Assembly (NCBI GenBank): GCA_036645795.1
Contig: JAVXNL010000004.1
Location: forward strand, 1-48,075
From: Clostridia bacterium
GTDB lineage: Bacteria; Bacillota; Clostridia; TANB77; CAG-465
Length of the DNA: 48,075 nt
Direction of reading: 5' to 3'
Numbering within the stretch: position 1 is the first letter of the stretch; each line of letters opens with the position of its first letter. Below are positions 19,701 to 27,978 of the stretch, one piece after another. A model generated the notes under the pieces. It was not told the origin of the DNA. It was given only the letters and a program-made list of their open reading frames with translations, and did no database searches. Made by a program: the position numbers and the translations under genes.

Positions 19701-20276
19701 TGTTCCATCTCCTAGTTTTCCACCCTCATCTTGATATGAATATATTCCCCCTGAAATTCCACTAGTAGTAGATGTAAATTTCAAATCTATTGCTGGCTTT
19801 TTCTCATCCGTGTTTACCCAAAAATATATTTCATTTCCATTTCTTTCCATTGTACAATTGACGCCATTTGTTACTTCAACATTTACACCAGTAGTACAAT
19901 TAGTTGCATTTATTTTTAATGGGCCAATTCTTACCTTACTTCCATCAGCATTAAGAACTTGTGTTGTTTTATCAAACTGAATGTCTATTGAAGCAGCTGA
20001 TGTATTTACATCACTAGGATTCGCTCTAGCAGCATTAGCAATCCTTGTTGCATCTGCTAATATATTTGCACCTACATTGGTATTTGGCAACCCTATATTA
20101 TCCATAATGCTTTTTGTCTTTAGCTTGCCTATAAAGCCGACCTCCCTGTTGTATATCCCATAAAGCAAATTGTGATGCATAATGTTGACCTGCAGCATGA
20201 TAGCCCCAACCTTCTTCATCAGTAAATCCATAATTATTCCAACCTGTAGGTCCATTAATTTGTGGAAATGCCGCAA
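16725..20276 (-). CDS. Giant secreted surface protein, C-terminal ~1127 aa of a frame-interrupted gene (paralog of 22972-26520)
   Basis: This long ORF is homologous to the 22972 gene from about VYVKHVD onward, with identical C-terminal blocks such as YVPNSSIRKI.PLGPYKHVSGQYIQAPKMGYRISFDLKTSG and GTVALFDLDNRA. It has no signal peptide of its own. Its first ~57 codons overlap the 20098-20601 ORF in another frame and are probably not translated. Confidence 0.8.
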   Translation of the reverse strand: MRHFHKLMDLQVGIIMDLLMKKVGAIMLQVNIMHHNLLYGIYNREVGFIGKLKTKSIMDNIGLPNTNVGANILADATRIANAARANPSDVNTSAASIDIQFDKTTQVLNADGSKVRIGPLKINATNCTTGVNVEVTNGVNCTMERNGNEIYFWVNTDEKKPAIDLKFTSTTSGISGGIYSYQDEGGKLGDGTSKVSKEELPASQRFCAVFPYNTPVYKSYSVPLDLPKRKVYVKHVDVTDVNMNDPAQVKNLGKTYKSKLSLDKIASDKQIEMLNALDNPGWVSDKIRVLSNIAMSAPNGRAPDGSPLRDNYPEFYRYRPKSVMQISRSTTYALAGQKYEYKGAMTAKGTSLFSAENNIALSGNFYDSSTSYVKTGTPLSGSDDYTVVVCFYSKTTLPEPIPDINIFSKDYSASSTGNPCETIFTPSNRDIQPYITAPKFCLQNLKYDLQGDPTKPNYGKYQLTNFVVNKLTNGEYNNKSDPEKSAKGRIIGSINDRATLFVGNGNGVVLNLTKQFDDEIQSITNNYYKLVKVLPTEDEIEKNFGTKGNQNITKRADFNSWYNIPMNRYNGLRQGSGIATYVEYDVLKNITSSVKKNVDTKNKRFVDVYTPLQMGKVTVSSDTIVNHTEDSSTNINNVIQKNANFDVNIEKPVNSSMIYTGLNTNEFFLDYYYLMFDFDIITTVPTIIRDLNTGKESTIRANEKIDRGIPIKIVKSSNGTTKFSAKATSDQQNVDYISNSSNRLVIVGVSKNMPETDLNDYILQKEILNQESKILKDTANTINTTKYINNAKTINWPVELTSQNVCNPSEVTKKMHSDLSAKTSLTYTSMAQDAYYFIRNQVQTDSIGRVYDFKITDSTDLNFKDVFKKPSSNNKVNDLTGNVYFSGVKRLKIYTEDINTITDRDDIYVPNSSIRKIMPLGPYKHVSGQYIQAPKMGYRISFDLKTSGMYDSKSVNKKEDKRRIEIKPSYYYVSKSGEFKDNIELYYKDSKGKYKKFKDSGYAMSFKPNDGYRYLASVSDTPITEDMSNKLESLDISKKFEITDNMMAYSDNKFIQTWFGEFKLPNSTIAVGSGGSINNPLKNGYIGVKFDIVCVSGTNGKIRVSYNINDKNKEKQGQQSINTTEWDYEGYLGIKAGETADNQNLMIQLENGEFRITSQAQYEKIRGTVALFDLDNRAADDFE

Positions 20277-20601
20277 TCAAGTTTCCTGCTAGAGGTGACT
20301 CATACTTTAATACATGCGCTCCTAGCCATAATATTTTACCCTCATCAAGACAATATGCATTTAAAGTCTGATTATTATGTGGAAATGTTGTCTCATATAC
20401 TTCTTTTACTACCTCTTTATCACCATTTTCATAGTAAAACCACTTAGCAGTCGGTCCAGAACTTGTTATTGTAATTGTATCAGGCATTCCATTCGGAGCA
20501 CAATAACTTATATTTAGTGTAGTTATAAATCCTATAACTAATAAAAAAATAGCTACAACGTTTAATTTAAACTTATTATTTTTAAATTTCATATATCTCA
20601 T
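20098..20601 (-). CDS. Signal peptide plus N-terminal part of a thioester domain; 5' fragment of the frame-interrupted giant gene
   Basis: 167-aa ORF with SD AGGAGAG upstream and a signal peptide (FKLNVVAIFLLVIGFITTLNI). Cys84 in NAYCLDEGK (nt 20350-20352) and Gln144 in ASQFALWD (nt 20170-20172) parallel AYCMDYG and TQLALW in the 343-4920 adhesin. The ORF stops only ~23 codons after the Gln, which is too early for a complete thioester domain. Confidence 0.75.
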   Translation of the reverse strand: MRYMKFKNNKFKLNVVAIFLLVIGFITTLNISYCAPNGMPDTITITSSGPTAKWFYYENGDKEVVKEVYETTFPHNNQTLNAYCLDEGKILWLGAHVLKYESPLAGNLIAAFPQINGPTGWNNYGFTDEEGWGYHAAGQHYASQFALWDIQQGGRLYRQAKDKKHYG

Positions 20602-20609
20602 ACTCTCTC

Positions 20610-22184
20610 CTACTCTCTTTCTTGAATCTTTATGCCTAAATCTAATTTACTAAATACACATTCATATACTGAAGATTCCATTAAATATAACGAACTAGAT
20701 GTGCCTGACTTACTAAGTATTACATCCGCATATATCAAATATTTATCTTTATCGTATACTACATCCGCATTTTTAGGAGCTATTGAGTATGTTAAGTCGT
20801 TATATATTAAATTTTTATCTGTATTTGAATATTTTATTTCAAACTCAAGTTTTACTCTTGCTCTATAGTATATTCCATCGTAGTATACTATAGGCATTTG
20901 AGTCGTAGCAGTTCCTGCAAGTTTTATTTTATTTTGCTTTACATAGTCTACATATTTTTGTACTTCTTGTATATTTGATCCAAGTAATAAATAATCAGTT
21001 AAACTCTCAGAAAAGCTGTTTGCCTCTATTGTTTCATAGTCTATATTTAATAATTTATTATAATAATTTTCCACATTATACTTTATTTGATCATATACTT
21101 GCTTATCACCTGCATATACTTGTTTAGGAGTTTTCATATCTTTAGAGTTTTTTATAAACCTGTCCATTTCATATACCTTTTTATCAATACTTGCTAAGGT
21201 ATATGGATAATCTGCTACATTACTTGGCATTTTATCTGCACTAATATTTAATTTTTCACCTTGTGGCGCTATAGTGTTGTATTTCTCAACATAATTTTTT
21301 ATTATTTCATTTACTTGCCCTTTAATTACTTTTTTATCTAATTTCATATTTTTTGCATTTATACTAACTATTTTATTATATACCATATCTGCAACAGCTA
21401 TTTGTTCATCAGGCTTTAGTGATGTATAATCCTTTACGTTAGGAACTATATCAGTATCTAATTTTTTGTCTAGTATTTTTGTTTTAGCATTAGTAAAATA
21501 TCTTAAAACATCAGAATATGTGGCTTCCTCTTTATAATTATTTTTATTTATTTCTTCTTTTGCTATTACTCCTATATATTGTCCATATTCGACCCACATT
21601 TGATTTTTATATTCTTCTTTTTCAAGCTCTTTTGCAACACCTGTAATATCATTTGTATTTAAAGCAGTAGCAATTGCCATTTTTACGGCTTCTGATTTTG
21701 TTATACTCTCACCAGTATTTGCAGTACTATTATCATACGCTTTATCAAAACCATACATAATAATTTCTTTTTCAAAAGGAATATATGCTTTATATCCAAA
21801 ATATGTTAGCACCTTATATATTCCAAAAATCATTACAATTGCAAAAATAATAACAACAGGTATAATTATCATATTTTTTTTTGCTTTTTTGTCCTTTTTC
21901 TTTTTTATTGATACACCATTAATATTATCTTTATTATTAGAATCTTTTTCTTCATTATCCTTTTTTACATATGCAGGTACTATCTTTTGTTTGTTTTTGT
22001 TAGAAACTTCATCGATAGTACTTTTGTTTTTTAAATTAGTATCCTTATTTAGTTGTACACTTTCAACCGATTTTTTTTGCAAATCTTCTACATTTTCTTT
22101 TACGCTTTTATCTAAAATATTATTATTATTATTTTCTTCTGTTGCTTTTATTCCTTTGTTTTTATTATCCTTAATTTCCAACAT
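20610..22184 (-). CDS. Single-pass membrane protein with a K/N-rich cytoplasmic head and a ~390-aa external domain; paralog of 26522-27964
   Basis: 524-aa ORF with SD GAGGTGA upstream and TM segment MIIIPVVIIFAIVMIFGIYKVL. It aligns with the 480-aa paralog, for example ITKSEAVKMAIATALNTNDITG versus VTKSEALKMAIVASLNENDITN. Function unknown. Confidence 0.65.
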   Translation of the reverse strand: MLEIKDNKNKGIKATEENNNNNILDKSVKENVEDLQKKSVESVQLNKDTNLKNKSTIDEVSNKNKQKIVPAYVKKDNEEKDSNNKDNINGVSIKKKKDKKAKKNMIIIPVVIIFAIVMIFGIYKVLTYFGYKAYIPFEKEIIMYGFDKAYDNSTANTGESITKSEAVKMAIATALNTNDITGVAKELEKEEYKNQMWVEYGQYIGVIAKEEINKNNYKEEATYSDVLRYFTNAKTKILDKKLDTDIVPNVKDYTSLKPDEQIAVADMVYNKIVSINAKNMKLDKKVIKGQVNEIIKNYVEKYNTIAPQGEKLNISADKMPSNVADYPYTLASIDKKVYEMDRFIKNSKDMKTPKQVYAGDKQVYDQIKYNVENYYNKLLNIDYETIEANSFSESLTDYLLLGSNIQEVQKYVDYVKQNKIKLAGTATTQMPIVYYDGIYYRARVKLEFEIKYSNTDKNLIYNDLTYSIAPKNADVVYDKDKYLIYADVILSKSGTSSSLYLMESSVYECVFSKLDLGIKIQERE

Positions 22185-22243
22185 ATCACCTCAATTATTG
22201 TCATATAAAAATATAACAATTCCTTTTATTTCCTATACTTTAT

Positions 22244-22272
22244 ACTATACTATAAACAAAAATTTAAGTCAA
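22244..22272 (-). promoter_or_regulatory. Possible SigA-type promoter for the second module (TTGACT - 17 - TATAGT on the minus strand)
   Basis: The reverse complement of 22267-22272 is TTGACT and that of 22244-22249 is TATAGT, with a 17-nt spacer. It lies just downstream of the terminator at 22325-22360. Confidence 0.4.
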
Positions 22273-22324
22273 TATATTTCTGTTAATTTCTATAAAAAAA
22301 GTAAATACTCTTTGGCTTTCAAAA

Positions 22325-22360
22325 AGAACAGGCATGTTTTAAATAACGCCTGTTCTTTTT
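22325..22360. terminator. Rho-independent terminator after the first module
   Basis: 9-bp GC-containing stem agaacaggc (22325-22333) / gcctgttct (22348-22356). It is flanked by A5 and T5 runs, so a T-run follows the stem on the minus strand. Confidence 0.75.
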
Positions 22361-22391
22361 ATTTTAATTCTTTATATTTTTAAAAAGTATC

Positions 22392-22835
22392 TTAATATAC
22401 TTTTAACTCTCCCACGCCTTTTTTTATAGTAAATACATATTCATTTGCTATCTTTTCAAATGTCATCATTATAATTTTTCCTGAATCGACTGATTTTTTA
22501 CTAATTTCTACTTTAGTGCCATTATTTTTTGTTATAAAAAAATTTTCGTTTTCAACTAAATAACCCATATATTTATTTACATCACTACCAGCTGTAGTTT
22601 CTGTTTTATATTTTATTTCTTTGGTTGTTATTCCATTTTCTACAGAAGCACCTATACCAGAGACTTGCCTTTTACCAACTACAGCTTTAAGAGATGGTAT
22701 TAAATCTTCTCCCATTTTATATTCATCTGCATTAGTCGTATTTGATGAAATAACCTTTAATCCTATTATTAATGCTATTATTAAAGTTGCAATAACACCT
22801 ATTATTATAAAAAAAATCTTTAAAAACTTCTTCAT
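22392..22835 (-). CDS. Small N-terminally anchored protein, paralog of 15777-16229 (function unknown)
   Basis: The maximal ORF reaches TTG 22850. ATG 22835 is preceded by GGGGGTGA plus 5 nt and matches the paralog's N-terminus (MKKFLKIFF). Confidence 0.65.
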   Translation of the reverse strand: MKKFLKIFFIIIGVIATLIIALIIGLKVISSNTTNADEYKMGEDLIPSLKAVVGKRQVSGIGASVENGITTKEIKYKTETTAGSDVNKYMGYLVENENFFITKNNGTKVEISKKSVDSGKIIMMTFEKIANEYVFTIKKGVGELKVY

Positions 22836-22971
22836 AAGTTTCACCCCCAAACTTCACGAAATATATTTTATTAATAACTTGTTTTCTTGTTTTTATATTT
22901 TCAATATGTAGAGGTATTAATAGATATCTCTACATATTGCTTAATTTTTAAAATACAATTCCTTATTTATA

Positions 22972-25900
22972 TTATTCAAAATCATTTGCTGCCCTATTAT
23001 CCAAATCAAATAGTGCTACAGTTCCTTTTATTTCATTATATTTTGCTTGGTCAGTTATTTTCCATTCAGCATTTTCAAGTGGTATTATAGCCATATTAGA
23101 TGGACTTACAGCTTCTCCTGATTTTATTCCAAGATAGCCTTCATAATCCCACTCTGTTGTATTAGTTATTTCTTTTTTATCTTTATCTCTATTATTTTGA
23201 TTATAGCTAATCTTTACTTTTCCATCTTTTCCACTAACTGCTACTAAATCAAATTTAACTCCTATATACCCATTTTTTAATGGGTTATTTATTGAGCTTC
23301 CAAACCCACCAACAGCTACTGTTGAATTAGGTAACTTAAATTCTCCATACCATGCTTGTATAAATTTATTATCGCTAGAACTCATCATCTCTTTTGTTAA
23401 ATCAAATGACTTGCTTATATTTATAGTCTCAAGTTTATCAGACATTGTTTTTAAATCTGATGCTTCTTTGTTATATATTGAGCGATATCCATCATTTGGT
23501 TTGAAAGATATTTTATATCCACTATCTTTAAAGTTTTTATATTTGCCTGATTCATCTTTATAATATAAATCAACTTTTGATGAGTACTGTGAGCCATCTT
23601 TTGATATATAGTAATAGCTTGGTGTAACAACTATTTTTCTTTGAGTTTGTGCATTTTCTGCATTATATACTCCACTAGTCTTTAAATCAAAACTTATTCT
23701 ATATCCCATCTTTGGTGCTTGTATATACTGTCCTGATACATGTTTGTATGGTCCAAGTGGTATTATTTTTCTTATTGAACTATTAGGTACATATATATTG
23801 TCTCTACTAGTTAAAGTATTTATATCATCTGTGTACACTTGCAATGCTTTTACACCAGAGTAATATACATTTCCTGTTAATGCATTAACAGCTGCCCCAC
23901 TAGATTCTTTTCTAAATACATCTTTAAAATTTACATCTGTACAATCTGTTACTTTAAAGTCATATATTCTACCAATATTTTCTGTTACTACAGTAGTTTT
24001 TGCATAATAATAAGCATCTTGTACCATGTTTTTGTATTCTAAAGTCGTACCAAAATCTCCGTGATTTTTCTTTCTTTCAACTTTTGAATTACATACATCT
24101 TTTTCAAGTTTTTCTGGCCAATTATATAGTATGCTGCCATTATTTATATATTTTCTTGTAGTAGTAGATGATATTTTGCCTTCTAAATATCCTGATTCTT
24201 GTGATATGATTGCATTAGTAAGTGCCGCGTCTGGTACGTTATATGAAGCAGCAATTACCGTTATACTACTAGATATCTGATCTACTATATCACCTGTAGT
24301 TTTATTATTTGTTGCTTTTCCTGTAAAAGTTGCCGTTCCATCTGGATTTTTTTCAACTCTAATAGCATTGCCTTTTGCAATAATTTCTCCAACACCTTTT
24401 ACTACGTCCGCGTTACCAACTCTTACTCTTGTAGGTACTACTAACTGCACATCTAAATTAAATACTAAATAATAACAATCGATATATTTTGCAGTATTTA
24501 AGTTAGGATATATCTGTGCATTTCCTGCTTTACCTACTGAGACTGTAAAATCTGCATTTTTTTGTAATATATTACTACTACTAGCCCCAGATGTTGTATG
24601 ATCTATTATGTCACTTGATTTTATATTTACAGTGCCAATAGTTACCGGTGTATATACATTTACATATTTTCTATTTGCTGTATCATATACTTTTTTATCT
24701 AAGCTATCTGAACCATTTAGCAAATTATATTCTGAGTATACAGCAGCGCCTTTAGCTTGTCTTATTCCATTGTATTTATCGTAAGGTACATTATATTGTG
24801 TTTTAAAATTATCTTTATTTGTATAGTTTGATTTATTTTTAACCCCTAAGTCTTTATCAATTTGGTCCTGTGTTGGAAGTGATGAAACATTTGCATATTT
24901 TGTATTTTTAAGTTTCATAGCCTCATCATTGAACGTGTTATTTAAATTTGTAAGCTCTAATGGAAAATCATTACTTCTTCCATCTGGCAAATTATTAAAT
25001 ATAGTTGTTCTTTCCGGCCCTATTATTCTACCTTGTATTCCTTCATCTGGTGAAGTATTATTTGCAAATCTACCTGCTTGTAATTTATACATTACAAAAT
25101 CTGATAAAACAAATCTTCCATCTTGAGTTATCTCATACTTTAGATTTTTTAAATAATATTTTGGCGTTACTATATATGGTTTTATATTTTCCCCTGAAGG
25201 AGTATATGTAGTGTCACATCCGTCTGTTCCTATCTTACCATTGTATAACGCCTCAGTTTGTACTTCTGGTGTTGGCGGAACTACATCATCTACATCATAA
25301 TAGAAATCTATAAGTGTCACATCTGCTTTATTAGTTGTTGGAGTTGTGGTACTAGTTGATGTAAAATTAACTGTTTTATTTCTATCGTTTATATTATTTC
25401 TTGCACTTTCAATACTCTCTGCTGTTGTTCTTTTTCCTTCTATTAGTTTATATTCTTTTCCATCTTGTGCATACAGCCTATATCTACTAGCTTCTAAATT
25501 TTGGCTTATTTTTATTTTATAGTACTCACTATAAAGACCTGCATTTGGATTCTCATCTCCTAGTTTTTTTGATCTATTACCAGCCTTGTCTATTAATACT
25601 TGCTGTGGATCTGAGACTGGAATTACTTCTCCTGTCTTTTTATTAAAATGTCTTACGTAGACTTCACGAGGTTTCATTTCAGCGGTAGGTATTACTAAAT
25701 TATTATCATACATATTTGCAGCAGAAGCTCCCGCTTTCCAAGTTCCTCCATCTGATGCGTTCCAAGCCTCATCTTCTACAAACCCTCTAAATCCTGCGTT
25801 CCAAGCGCCTACACCTGAATAATATATCTTCCATGCAGTGTCCATATCAAGGTGATAACCAGCATAACCTGACCACTCATTACCATATCTACTATCAGCT

Positions 25901-26520
25901 TGACTTACATTAAACGAAAAAATTATATTCATATTTCCGTTTTCATCTATTCTCCCTGGATACTTAGCTATAATTTCATTTACTTTATCACTTCTTACTT
26001 CCCAATCAGTCACTTTTACGCCATCAGATGTTACTTTCCATTTTTTACTTACAACACCGTCACCTACATTAATACGCATTTCATTTGCAAAATTTGCAGG
26101 TTCGGATTGCTTTTGTGCAATCTGTGTCCAATGACCACTAAAATTGTTAAAATTCGCTGTATCGGTAGTAATGCTAGTACTACTAGAATCAAAATATATA
26201 TTAGTATCACCACCAGAATAGTTAGATACTACATTCGTATGTAGTATTAATTGCTTATTTGAAAAATATCCTTTTCCTCCAGTAGTATCTGGCTTTGAAG
26301 TAAGCCAATTAGGCGAGTTTCCTTCATATTCTTTCATTGCTTGTCCACTAGCTTGTACAACTTCTCTTATTGTTAAAATATATCCATCCCCAGATGGTTC
26401 TACTTTTGTTACATAATTTAATCCATAACCATATATATCTTTAGATAAAACTATTGCTAACAAAAACATAATAAAAGTGATAATAATATTTCTAGAATTT
26501 ATTCTTTTTATTATTTCCAT
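22972..26520 (-). CDS. Giant secreted surface protein (~1182 aa), paralog of the 16725-20601 gene; no LPXTG
   Basis: ATG 26520 is preceded by AAAGGTGG plus 8 nt; the track ORF starts at an in-SD GTG at 26532. It has a signal peptide (NIIITFIMFLLAIVLSKDIYG) and a W/G/Y-rich N-terminal region. A MucBP-like strand REVYVRHFNKKTGEVIP follows. The C-terminal ~450 aa are highly similar to the paralog. Confidence 0.8.
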   Translation of the reverse strand: MEIIKRINSRNIIITFIMFLLAIVLSKDIYGYGLNYVTKVEPSGDGYILTIREVVQASGQAMKEYEGNSPNWLTSKPDTTGGKGYFSNKQLILHTNVVSNYSGGDTNIYFDSSSTSITTDTANFNNFSGHWTQIAQKQSEPANFANEMRINVGDGVVSKKWKVTSDGVKVTDWEVRSDKVNEIIAKYPGRIDENGNMNIIFSFNVSQADSRYGNEWSGYAGYHLDMDTAWKIYYSGVGAWNAGFRGFVEDEAWNASDGGTWKAGASAANMYDNNLVIPTAEMKPREVYVRHFNKKTGEVIPVSDPQQVLIDKAGNRSKKLGDENPNAGLYSEYYKIKISQNLEASRYRLYAQDGKEYKLIEGKRTTAESIESARNNINDRNKTVNFTSTSTTTPTTNKADVTLIDFYYDVDDVVPPTPEVQTEALYNGKIGTDGCDTTYTPSGENIKPYIVTPKYYLKNLKYEITQDGRFVLSDFVMYKLQAGRFANNTSPDEGIQGRIIGPERTTIFNNLPDGRSNDFPLELTNLNNTFNDEAMKLKNTKYANVSSLPTQDQIDKDLGVKNKSNYTNKDNFKTQYNVPYDKYNGIRQAKGAAVYSEYNLLNGSDSLDKKVYDTANRKYVNVYTPVTIGTVNIKSSDIIDHTTSGASSSNILQKNADFTVSVGKAGNAQIYPNLNTAKYIDCYYLVFNLDVQLVVPTRVRVGNADVVKGVGEIIAKGNAIRVEKNPDGTATFTGKATNNKTTGDIVDQISSSITVIAASYNVPDAALTNAIISQESGYLEGKISSTTTRKYINNGSILYNWPEKLEKDVCNSKVERKKNHGDFGTTLEYKNMVQDAYYYAKTTVVTENIGRIYDFKVTDCTDVNFKDVFRKESSGAAVNALTGNVYYSGVKALQVYTDDINTLTSRDNIYVPNSSIRKIIPLGPYKHVSGQYIQAPKMGYRISFDLKTSGVYNAENAQTQRKIVVTPSYYYISKDGSQYSSKVDLYYKDESGKYKNFKDSGYKISFKPNDGYRSIYNKEASDLKTMSDKLETINISKSFDLTKEMMSSSDNKFIQAWYGEFKLPNSTVAVGGFGSSINNPLKNGYIGVKFDLVAVSGKDGKVKISYNQNNRDKDKKEITNTTEWDYEGYLGIKSGEAVSPSNMAIIPLENAEWKITDQAKYNEIKGTVALFDLDNRAANDFE

Positions 26521-26521
26521 A

Positions 26522-27964
26522 CTAGTTACCACCTTTCTGCTGCATAATACCAGAATCTTCTTTGTTTAATAACAAATTATATATTGCATTTTGACTTATA
26601 TATAAAGTATTAGTTCCTATTGCGTTTGACATACTTACATCTATATATATGGTATACTTGTCATTTTCATATACTATTTTATCTCTTTGTAATAAATCTT
26701 GGAATAATAGATTTTCCTTTGTATTTGAATTTTTAATTTCAAATGTAAGTTTCATTCTTACTTTATATACAGATCCATCATAGTATATTGCAGGAATTTG
26801 TGCTGTTGCTTTTCCTTCTATTTTAATTTTATTTTCTTTAACATAATCTACATACTTTTGATAATTTTCATCGGTATCATTTACAAGTACATATTTTTTC
26901 ATTTCTTTTTTCATAGCATCTTTATCTATAGTTGTATAATCTACATTTAGTATATTATTAAAATATGATTCTGATATATATTTCATACTAGCAAATAAAT
27001 CTTTATTTTTTCTATATAATTCTTTAGGATTTATAAACGTTTTATTATCGTTTATATTAAATGGTATTTCATATGCACTCTTATCTACCGTTGCAAGTGT
27101 ATATGGATACACCCCTGCATTACTAGGTATTTTTTCTGGATTTATGTTTAATTTTTCGCCAGCAAGTGCAATTGTAGAATATTTATTAACATAATTTGTA
27201 ATAATTTCATTTACTTGTCCTTTAAATACGTAATGTTTTCCATTTATTTTTTTTGTATTCTCTACAATTAATTTATTATAAATAATATCATCTATTGCTA
27301 TTTTTTCATCTGGAGTATACATTTCATAATCTTTTAGCGATGCATGCTCTGATGTGTCTAGTGTCTTTCCTAATATTTTTAATTTTGCGTTTGAAAAATA
27401 TCTTATAACCTCAGCGTATGTTACTTTATCTTGGGCATTAGCTTTATTTATCTCATCTTTATTTATAATACCTGCTCTTAGAGCATAGTCTACCCATATT
27501 GCATTTTTATAGTCCTCTACTGGTTTATCTATATAATTTGTTATATCATTTTCATTAAGAGATGCTACAATAGCCATTTTTAACGCTTCTGATTTTGTAA
27601 CTTTTTGCCCTGTTTTTGAACTACTGTTATCATACATAATATCAAAGCCATATACTTTCATACTATCTTCATATTTAAAGTAGTTTTTATATTTTAAATG
27701 ATAAACTAGTTCATATACCCCAAATCCAATAGCTGCTATGCAAAGAATTCCAAGTAATATAAACAATATACTAAGTTTGGATTTAAAAATCTTTTTCTTA
27801 CCACTAGATGAACCATTTTTATCATGTTTTCCATGCTTTTTATTTGACACCTTATTTTCTTTTGCATAAGATGGTATTATCTTTTTTTTGCTATTATCTT
27901 CTAGATTAGATTTGTTTTCAATAACACTCTTTTTTTCATTTACATTATCTTTTTGATTCTTCAA
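26522..27964 (-). CDS. Single-pass membrane protein with a K/N-rich cytoplasmic head and a large external domain; paralog of 20610-22184
   Basis: 480-aa ORF with a TTG start preceded by AGAGGAGG and TM segment LSILFILLGILCIAAIGFGVYELV. Its stop (TAG, 26522-26524) is 1 nt from the next gene's ATG, which suggests translational coupling. Confidence 0.65.
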   Translation of the reverse strand: MKNQKDNVNEKKSVIENKSNLEDNSKKKIIPSYAKENKVSNKKHGKHDKNGSSSGKKKIFKSKLSILFILLGILCIAAIGFGVYELVYHLKYKNYFKYEDSMKVYGFDIMYDNSSSKTGQKVTKSEALKMAIVASLNENDITNYIDKPVEDYKNAIWVDYALRAGIINKDEINKANAQDKVTYAEVIRYFSNAKLKILGKTLDTSEHASLKDYEMYTPDEKIAIDDIIYNKLIVENTKKINGKHYVFKGQVNEIITNYVNKYSTIALAGEKLNINPEKIPSNAGVYPYTLATVDKSAYEIPFNINDNKTFINPKELYRKNKDLFASMKYISESYFNNILNVDYTTIDKDAMKKEMKKYVLVNDTDENYQKYVDYVKENKIKIEGKATAQIPAIYYDGSVYKVRMKLTFEIKNSNTKENLLFQDLLQRDKIVYENDKYTIYIDVSMSNAIGTNTLYISQNAIYNLLLNKEDSGIMQQKGGN

Positions 27965-27978
27965 AACGATTCCTCCTC

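Noticed and set aside
20098-20120. Programmed -1 ribosomal frameshifting at the AAA AAG sequence near the end of the 167-aa ORF
   Set aside because: The downstream frame is +1, not -1, relative to the upstream frame. The heptamer is C AAA AAG rather than A AAA AAG. I saw no stimulatory SD or hairpin. Mutation or sequencing error is more parsimonious.
20106-20276. The first ~57 codons of the 1183-aa track ORF (MRHFHKLMDLQVGIIMDLL...) as a genuine N-terminus
   Set aside because: This stretch has no SD and no signal peptide. It overlaps the thioester-domain frame, which carries recognisable conserved motifs. It is best explained as an open alternate frame upstream of a frame break.
26080-26130. 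The TQIA tetrapeptide (GHWTQIAQKQ) in the 22972-26520 protein as a second thioester domain
   Set aside because: There is no cysteine anywhere in the first ~140 residues upstream of this Gln, so no Cys-Gln thioester can form. The match is probably coincidental.
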